Below are positions 58,743 through 64,000 of a stretch of 64,000 bases of DNA, in pieces. The notes under the pieces were generated by a model that had not been told where the DNA came from, searched no databases, and saw nothing but the letters and a program-made list of their open reading frames with translations. Source of the DNA: a virus (taxonomy: Duplodnaviria > Caudoviricetes); IMG/VR virus record IMGVR_UViG_3300032167_000039. One strand, 5' to 3'. A program made the translations under genes and the position numbers. How positions within the stretch are numbered: position 1 is the stretch's first letter; each line of letters begins with the position of its first letter.

Positions 58743-59776
58743 CATATATCTGTATTATTTTAGGAGTATTATTACTCACTGCCATAGGTTATATAGTATA
58801 TCTACTTAAACCGCCGAGTAAGCAAGGACTTTATGAAGAAGAATTTCAGAGGGCGGCGCACGAGATTGAAGAAAGATTGAGAAAAGAAAGAGAAGAACAA
58901 GTCAATTTTCAATCAGAACAAATTCGTCAAGAGATTCATAATATGGAAATAATGCTTGAAGAAAAGGCAAAAACATATAAGCAAACTCAAAATGAATGGT
59001 TACAGCAAGTTCAAAGTCTTAAAGAGTCATATGAGAGACAGCGAGAAGAGATTACTTCTTCTATTAAGGAACACACTTTAAAAGAACAGCAAGTAATGAC
59101 TGAAAAGCTTTTACAAAAGCAGCAAGAGATTGAGAAAGAAGTTCGTATATTAGATGATAAGTACAATCTTACTGTTATAGACTATGAGAATAAAATGTTT
59201 GATATTCGCTGTAAATTTGAGACGGAAGAGCAAGACTTAAATTCTCAAATCGTCCAGAAGAGAAATGAAATTAACGCTCTTATTGAACAATTTAAGAAAG
59301 ATGAAGAAGCTCGCAAAGAAGCAGATTTCTATCGTATTCCAATAACTCCTGCCGCCCAAAATGACATTAATAAATTGAAAGGCGTGGCGGCGCAATTAAA
59401 TAATCCAGCAACATTATATAAGTTGATTTGGAAGGAGTACTATGAGAATGGATTTAATGCTATGATTGGTAGAGTTTTGGGGGAAGATAAAGATTCAATT
59501 GGAATTTATAAGATTACAAACATCAAAAATCAAATGTGTTATATCGGACAAACAAAAGCGGGTTTTAAAAATCGTTGGAGAACTCATGCCAAACGTGCTG
59601 TAAAAGCAGAAGATGGAACTTCTAATCGTCTTTATCAAGACATGTGGGAGAATGGATTGGAAAATTATACCTTCCAAATTATTGAGAAATGTACGACTGA
59701 TAAATTAACTGAACGAGAAAAATTCTATATTGACTTCTTCAATTCGAAGGAATGGGGCTTTAATTCTAAAACTTAA
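58739..59776 (+). CDS. membrane-anchored coiled-coil protein with C-terminal GIY-YIG nuclease
   Basis: TM at residues ~3-23; ~170-aa coiled coil; GIYKITN..CYIGQT..RW..H..EREKFYI..GFN. Confidence 0.85.
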   Translation: MTYICIILGVLLLTAIGYIVYLLKPPSKQGLYEEEFQRAAHEIEERLRKEREEQVNFQSEQIRQEIHNMEIMLEEKAKTYKQTQNEWLQQVQSLKESYERQREEITSSIKEHTLKEQQVMTEKLLQKQQEIEKEVRILDDKYNLTVIDYENKMFDIRCKFETEEQDLNSQIVQKRNEINALIEQFKKDEEARKEADFYRIPITPAAQNDINKLKGVAAQLNNPATLYKLIWKEYYENGFNAMIGRVLGEDKDSIGIYKITNIKNQMCYIGQTKAGFKNRWRTHAKRAVKAEDGTSNRLYQDMWENGLENYTFQIIEKCTTDKLTEREKFYIDFFNSKEWGFNSKT

Positions 59777-59788
59777 TTTCTAAAAGAA

Positions 59789-59816
59789 TTGATGCTGCGG
59801 CGCGCCGCGGCATCAA
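59789..59816 (+). other. GC-rich hairpin (terminator or origin element)
   Basis: TTGATGCTGCGGC-GC-GCCGCGGCATCAA, then a T-tract and a second hairpin at ~59828-59858. Confidence 0.7.
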
Positions 59817-59869
59817 GCGGTTTTTGGGCTACCTTTTTGCCGTTTCAAAAACGGTAGCAATAACTTAAA

Positions 59870-59980
59870 ATACCCATTATTAACAAACCGAGATACCCGA
59901 TTTTAACAATCCGATATATCCACTATTAACAAACCGGAATACCCGTTATTAACAACCGAGATACCCGATTTTAACAACGC
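59870..59980 (+). repeat. five 22-23 bp direct repeats (iteron-like)
   Basis: ATAYCCRNTWTTAACAA(N)CCG units start at 59870, 59893, 59916, 59939 and 59961, followed by an AT-rich tract. Confidence 0.9.
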
Positions 59981-60082
59981 AAGTTTTAAAATAAAAATTA
60001 CCAACGCAATTTTTTAGAATATTTTAACAAAAATTTCACTTTATTTATGAGGCGACGAGCCATAATACTTTGAGGTGATATA

Positions 60083-60733
60083 ATGAATAATATATTAAAG
60101 AAAATTCCTTTTAGAACGGAGGAGTACATTTTGGAAAAATTAGCTTATAATGATTGTGTTTATGCTTGGCTTTTGTTACATTCGCATTATAATGAAACAG
60201 AATCGCATAATTATATTTACAAAGAAGAGATTAATTTCAGTAAAATAGCAACATCTATACATCGTTCAAGGCAAACTGTTTCAAAAAGATTTAAAAAATT
60301 AATTGAAGATAAGATTATTCAAGAATATTTATATAATGGTAAATTTGTTTATAAATTACCATACTTCAGAGATTTTGAAGAGCTACATGGGCAGACTGTA
60401 TTTCAACTTCTTTGTCTTCCCGTAGATAAGCAAAAAGAAGAGTTAATAAAAACTTACGCTTGGCTTTTAAGAAAAAAGAGAATTTCTGAAAAAGAGGGTA
60501 AACATAATTTTACCACTTCTTCTAAAGAGGCTTTAGAGACTTTTGGGCATTCTGCATCTCATAGTAAACAATATGAAAATATGAGAGCAATATTCACTAT
60601 TTTACAAGGTGCTGGAATTATTAAGTTTAAAACAACTTCTTTTGAGAAGAGAGAAGATGGAACTATTCTACCACCACAGATGATTGTATATGAAGTAAAT
60701 GATAAGGCATCAGATGAATGGTTGGAGAAATAG
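60083..60733 (+). CDS. tandem winged-helix protein, putative replication initiator
   Basis: INFSKIATSIHRSRQTVSKRFKKLIEDKII (HTH); second wHTH-like block ..IFTILQGAGIIKF; directly downstream of the repeats. Confidence 0.6.
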   Translation: MNNILKKIPFRTEEYILEKLAYNDCVYAWLLLHSHYNETESHNYIYKEEINFSKIATSIHRSRQTVSKRFKKLIEDKIIQEYLYNGKFVYKLPYFRDFEELHGQTVFQLLCLPVDKQKEELIKTYAWLLRKKRISEKEGKHNFTTSSKEALETFGHSASHSKQYENMRAIFTILQGAGIIKFKTTSFEKREDGTILPPQMIVYEVNDKASDEWLEK

Positions 60734-60818
60734 TATGGGATTGCTTATTTTACTATATTGACTTTTTCTATGGTTTATTATATAATTATAGTATAAAATT
60801 GAAAGGAGATTTAAGAAA

Positions 60819-61241
60819 ATGAGTAGAGATACTACAACTGGATTAAGATTTGAAGAGAAAATTTCAATAAATATGGATGGAATTGATTTAACGAAACATA
60901 AGTTATATCAATATCTAAAGAGTAAAGGCATTAATTACAAAGAGATCATTTCTAAGAAATTATTGCCTGATGAATGTTATTTAGTTAATAATCATTTATA
61001 TGTTTATGAAAAGAAATTTCAGTGCAGTGCAGGCAGCGCAGATGAAAAACCTCAAACTTGTGGGTTCAAAATTCAACAATTTAGAAAAATAGCGAAAGCC
61101 ATGGGCGTAGAAGAAGTTTCATATACATATATTTTTAATGATTGGTTTAAAAAGCCAGAATATAAAGACATGTTAGAATATATTCGCTCTATAGATGGGT
61201 GCGATTATAAATTTGAGGAGGAGATTATTAATGGCAATTAA
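60819..61241 (+). CDS. PD-(D/E)XK restriction-endonuclease-like protein
   Basis: GLRFE..., LPDE...YEKKFQ...GSADEK. Confidence 0.7.
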   Translation: MSRDTTTGLRFEEKISINMDGIDLTKHKLYQYLKSKGINYKEIISKKLLPDECYLVNNHLYVYEKKFQCSAGSADEKPQTCGFKIQQFRKIAKAMGVEEVSYTYIFNDWFKKPEYKDMLEYIRSIDGCDYKFEEEIINGN

Positions 61242-61758
61242 CAAAGGATATTTAACTGCAAAAACGGATAAGGCGTCTGATGAAGTGTATACTCCTGCTT
61301 ATGCAGTAAAGCCAATTTTAAAATATATCAAACCAAATAGTACGATTTGGTGTCCTTTTGACACGGAAGATAGTGAATATGTAAGAGAGATAGTAGCCGC
61401 GGGCCATAAAGTTATTTATTCTCATATTGATAATGGTCATAATTTCTTTGAATATGAACCAGAAGATTATGATATGATTATATCAAACCCGCCATTTTCA
61501 ATTAAGGATGATATTCTTCGTCGGCTAACTGAATTGAAAAAACCCTATGCAATGCTACTCCCACTTCCAACCCTTCAAGGACAAAAACGGTTTGATTATT
61601 TAAAAGGAACGCAGGCACTTATTTTTGACAAAAGAATTAACTTTTTTAAAGATTATAAAACAAAAGAAATTCAGAAGGGGATTAGCTTTGCTTCTATCTA
61701 TATTTGTAAGGATTTTTTACCTAAGGATTTAATTTTTGAAGAATTAGAGACTAAATAA
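61231..61758 (+). CDS. small N6-adenine DNA methyltransferase
   Basis: DEVYTP, IWCPFD, NPPFS catalytic motif; ATG at 61231 after GAGGAGG, overlapping the upstream nuclease stop. Confidence 0.82.
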   Translation: MAINKGYLTAKTDKASDEVYTPAYAVKPILKYIKPNSTIWCPFDTEDSEYVREIVAAGHKVIYSHIDNGHNFFEYEPEDYDMIISNPPFSIKDDILRRLTELKKPYAMLLPLPTLQGQKRFDYLKGTQALIFDKRINFFKDYKTKEIQKGISFASIYICKDFLPKDLIFEELETK

Positions 61759-61843
61759 TTTTAATAAATTCTACCTCTTGACTTTTTTGAATTTCTATGA
61801 TATAATAATTATAGAATAAAAAAAGAAAAGAGGTAATTTTATT

Positions 61844-61933
61844 ATGGCAATTATTGGAATGGCGTTGATTTTCGGCGTTATTTATGTTGGTTCACAAATT
61901 TTGTTTGATATTTTTTTTGGAGGTAAGAAGTAA
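61844..61933 (+). CDS. 29-aa single-TM peptide
   Basis: MAIIGMALIFGVIYVGSQILFDIFFGGKK; AGAGGT RBS; TAATG coupling to the next gene. Confidence 0.55.
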   Translation: MAIIGMALIFGVIYVGSQILFDIFFGGKK

Positions 61934-62457
61934 TGAAAGTTTTAGTTTGTGTAGATTGTCAAGTTGATTTTACTACCGGAGCTCTTGCAAATCCAGTTGC
62001 AGAAGAGAGAATTCCTGCAATTAAGGAGAGAGTTGCCGCCGCGCGAGAAAATCATGAAATGGTAATCTTTACTCAGGACACACATATGGAAAATTATATG
62101 GATACTCTTGAGGGCGAGAAGCTTCCTGTTGAACATTGTATTTACCAGACAGAAGGCTGGGAGATTGTTGAGGAACTAAGAGATGAGGCAGCACTTTGCG
62201 TCCTGAAGCCTACTTTTGGCTCTTTCGATTTGATTGATAGGGTTGTTGCATTTCGTAATGCATTTAATGAAGATGTGGAGATTGAGCTATGTGGTTTTGT
62301 GACAAGTATTTGTGTTTTAGCAAATGCTGTTTTACTTAGAGCCGCGATGCCAGATGCTAAAATTATTGTTAATTCTAAATTGTGTGCGGATGTATCTAAA
62401 GAAAAGCACGAAGCTGCTTTAGAAGTTTTAAGATCTCAGCAGATTGATGTTATATGA
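61933..62457 (+). CDS. pncA: nicotinamidase/isochorismatase-family cysteine hydrolase
   Basis: VDCQVDF, TQDTH, EHC...GWEI, KPTFGS, GFVTSICV. Confidence 0.8.
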   Translation: MKVLVCVDCQVDFTTGALANPVAEERIPAIKERVAAARENHEMVIFTQDTHMENYMDTLEGEKLPVEHCIYQTEGWEIVEELRDEAALCVLKPTFGSFDLIDRVVAFRNAFNEDVEIELCGFVTSICVLANAVLLRAAMPDAKIIVNSKLCADVSKEKHEAALEVLRSQQIDVI

Positions 62458-63161
62458 GTAAATTAATTGATCTAACTGGACAAAGATTTGGAGATTTAGT
62501 TGTTCTTGAAAGGGACATTAATAAACCAAAAGGTCGTGCATATTGGATATGTCAGTGTGATTGTGGGAAAATTATTAGTACTCTTGGAACTCATTTACGA
62601 CAAGGTAATTCAAAAAGTTGTGGTTGTAAAAGGAATTTTAAGGATTTAACTGGACAAAAATTTGGAAAATTAATTGTAATGGAATTATCAAAAAATAGAG
62701 ATAAAGATAATTGTCATAAATGGATTTGCAAGTGCGAATGTGGAGCTATAAAAGAGATTAGTCAACATGATTTGAGAAGAGGTGTGTCTTCTTGTGGGTG
62801 TGTAAGATCAAAAGGAGAGGAAAGAATTTCTCAACTATTAACAGAAATGAATATTCTTTTTAAAAGAGAATATTATATTAATGGATTTAAATTAACAACT
62901 GGAGGAGTACCTCATTTTGATTTCGCACTCTTTAATGATAAAAATGACTTGATTTGTTTTATTGAGTATCATGGAGAACAGCATTATCAGGCACGAGGAA
63001 ATATATTTACAGAAGAAAAAGTACAAATTATAAAAAAGAGGGATAAAGAAAAAGAGGAATACTGTATTTTAAATAATGTTCCTCTAAAAATAATTCCATA
63101 TACAGATTTTAAACAATTAAATTGTGAATATTTAATGAGAATTTTAGCTGATGTAATTTGA
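62454..63161 (+). CDS. free-standing homing-type endonuclease, paralog of 29964..30686
   Basis: DLTGQRFG..CQCDCG..SCGC twice; SKGE, FDFAL, IEYHGEQH. Confidence 0.82.
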   Translation: MSKLIDLTGQRFGDLVVLERDINKPKGRAYWICQCDCGKIISTLGTHLRQGNSKSCGCKRNFKDLTGQKFGKLIVMELSKNRDKDNCHKWICKCECGAIKEISQHDLRRGVSSCGCVRSKGEERISQLLTEMNILFKREYYINGFKLTTGGVPHFDFALFNDKNDLICFIEYHGEQHYQARGNIFTEEKVQIIKKRDKEKEEYCILNNVPLKIIPYTDFKQLNCEYLMRILADVI

Positions 63162-63174
63162 AAGGAGGAGTATT

Positions 63175-63411
63175 ATGTTTTTGAAGTTTTCAAATGGACA
63201 GTATATTCGTTCAAGATATATTGAATCTTTTAATTTTTATGAACGAGGAGATATTGATAAGAAGACGAAGCATATTCATATTAAAACTTATAGCGGCACA
63301 ATGTTTCGTTTTTCTTATTGTGGGAAAAATGATAATTTAAATGAAGTCGATTACGAAAGTGATAAAGCAATGCTTGAAGATCTTGCTGAAGATAGAATGA
63401 AGGAGGATTAA
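63175..63411 (+). CDS. hypothetical protein
   Basis: AGGAGG RBS, 78 aa. Confidence 0.6.
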   Translation: MFLKFSNGQYIRSRYIESFNFYERGDIDKKTKHIHIKTYSGTMFRFSYCGKNDNLNEVDYESDKAMLEDLAEDRMKED

Positions 63412-63412
63412 T

Positions 63413-63661
63413 ATGAGAAATAAGATTAACTTGGTAACTATGACTGATATTACTGAATTTGTAAGAATTTGCGAAAGTATTGAAGGACGAGTAGAACTCT
63501 TTTGTGGCAAGAAGGGGTATCGTGTAAATGCTCGTTCTATGCTTGGCTGTCTTGCCGCTCTTGAATTTGATGAAATGTGGGTAGATTCTGATAAGGATAT
63601 CTATGACCAGATTGAAAAGTTTATTGTAATAGGCGAAGATGGCAACTATATCCATGAATAA
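63413..63661 (+). CDS. HPr-like protein lacking His15
   Basis: EFV.ICESIEG.VEL...YRVNARSMLG (Ser46 motif). Confidence 0.75.
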   Translation: MRNKINLVTMTDITEFVRICESIEGRVELFCGKKGYRVNARSMLGCLAALEFDEMWVDSDKDIYDQIEKFIVIGEDGNYIHE

Positions 63662-63708
63662 GAATTTTGGCGGCGAGCAATCGTCGCCTAATCGTGTTGG
63701 AGGTATTT

Positions 63709-64000
63709 ATGCATAAAGTATCTTTGGAGGAAGTGAGACATCTCTGTAGAGAAGTTATTACTGGAATGAGAATTAAAGAAAAGGATGAGAGATATAGTGA
63801 TAGCCTTAATTTTTATCTTACCAACGATTTTTTCTTTGAAGAATGCTGGAATCTTGATATGACTCTTTCCGCACTGATTTTATTAAGACTTATCTATTTT
63901 AGAGATAATCATTCTGGCGCACCAAGTTGTCTTTTTGAATATGATGAATTTGATCATATTAAAGAAGAAGATGGCTTTAAAAAATGGAATGAGATTCTTG
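63709..64000 (+). CDS. hypothetical phage protein (partial)
   Basis: MHKVSLEEV...ECWNLDMTLS...; GGAGG RBS; runs off the window. Confidence 0.6.
   Translation, partial: MHKVSLEEVRHLCREVITGMRIKEKDERYSDSLNFYLTNDFFFEECWNLDMTLSALILLRLIYFRDNHSGAPSCLFEYDEFDHIKEEDGFKKWNEIL

Noticed and set aside
59870-59980. CRISPR mini-array
   Set aside because: The units are contiguous 22-23 bp degenerate repeats with no unique spacers, and no cas genes are present.
129-63655. Short opposite-strand or alternate-frame ORFs in the track (e.g. 129..410, 14993..15397, 23836..24387, 38953..39303, 63281..63655)
   Set aside because: They are shadows of well-supported genes, with no RBS or recognisable motifs.
1-64000. 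tRNA, rRNA, integrase, terminase or capsid genes
   Set aside because: None recognised by eye. Lifestyle and taxonomy cannot be fixed from this window, and a tRNAscan run is still advisable.

Overview
AT-rich (about 30% GC by eye) segment of a large dsDNA phage of a Firmicutes (Clostridia) host. Thr-rich linkers, a dockerin-like loop and BspA-type LRRs hint at a Ruminococcus-like host (inference). The window has two divergent arms that meet at back-to-back sigmaA promoters near 35.8 kb. The left arm (minus strand) is a replication and nucleotide-metabolism cluster: dUTPase, ClpP, DnaE, RecJ, primase, DnaB-like helicase, PIN-PhoH, Sak4-like ATPase, SSB, GyrA/GyrB, TrxB, NrdG, NrdD split by a group I intron with a GIY-YIG endonuclease, a glutaredoxin-like protein, DNA ligase, nucleotidase, ADP-ribosylglycohydrolase, RNase HI and several free-standing endonucleases. 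The right arm (plus strand) holds tail/adhesin and lysis genes, an intein-containing UvrD helicase, ThyX, an iteron array next to a tandem-wHTH Rep-like gene, a minimal nuclease plus methyltransferase pair, a nicotinamidase and two HPr-like proteins lacking His15. The best unexplained signals are: (1) a seven-copy phage-specific bipartite promoter-like motif, WTTARAR-N17-YACTTW, usually followed directly by a terminator-like hairpin; (2) strong window-wide over-representation of GCSGC (GCGGC/GCCGC); (3) a 3D-domain-like gene bracketed by a uORF/attenuator and a 13-bp long-range UTR pairing; (4) an iteron/Rep origin beside a mini restriction-modification-like pair; (5) several apparently catalytically degenerate enzyme homologues. 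All family assignments come from motif recognition, not database searches.
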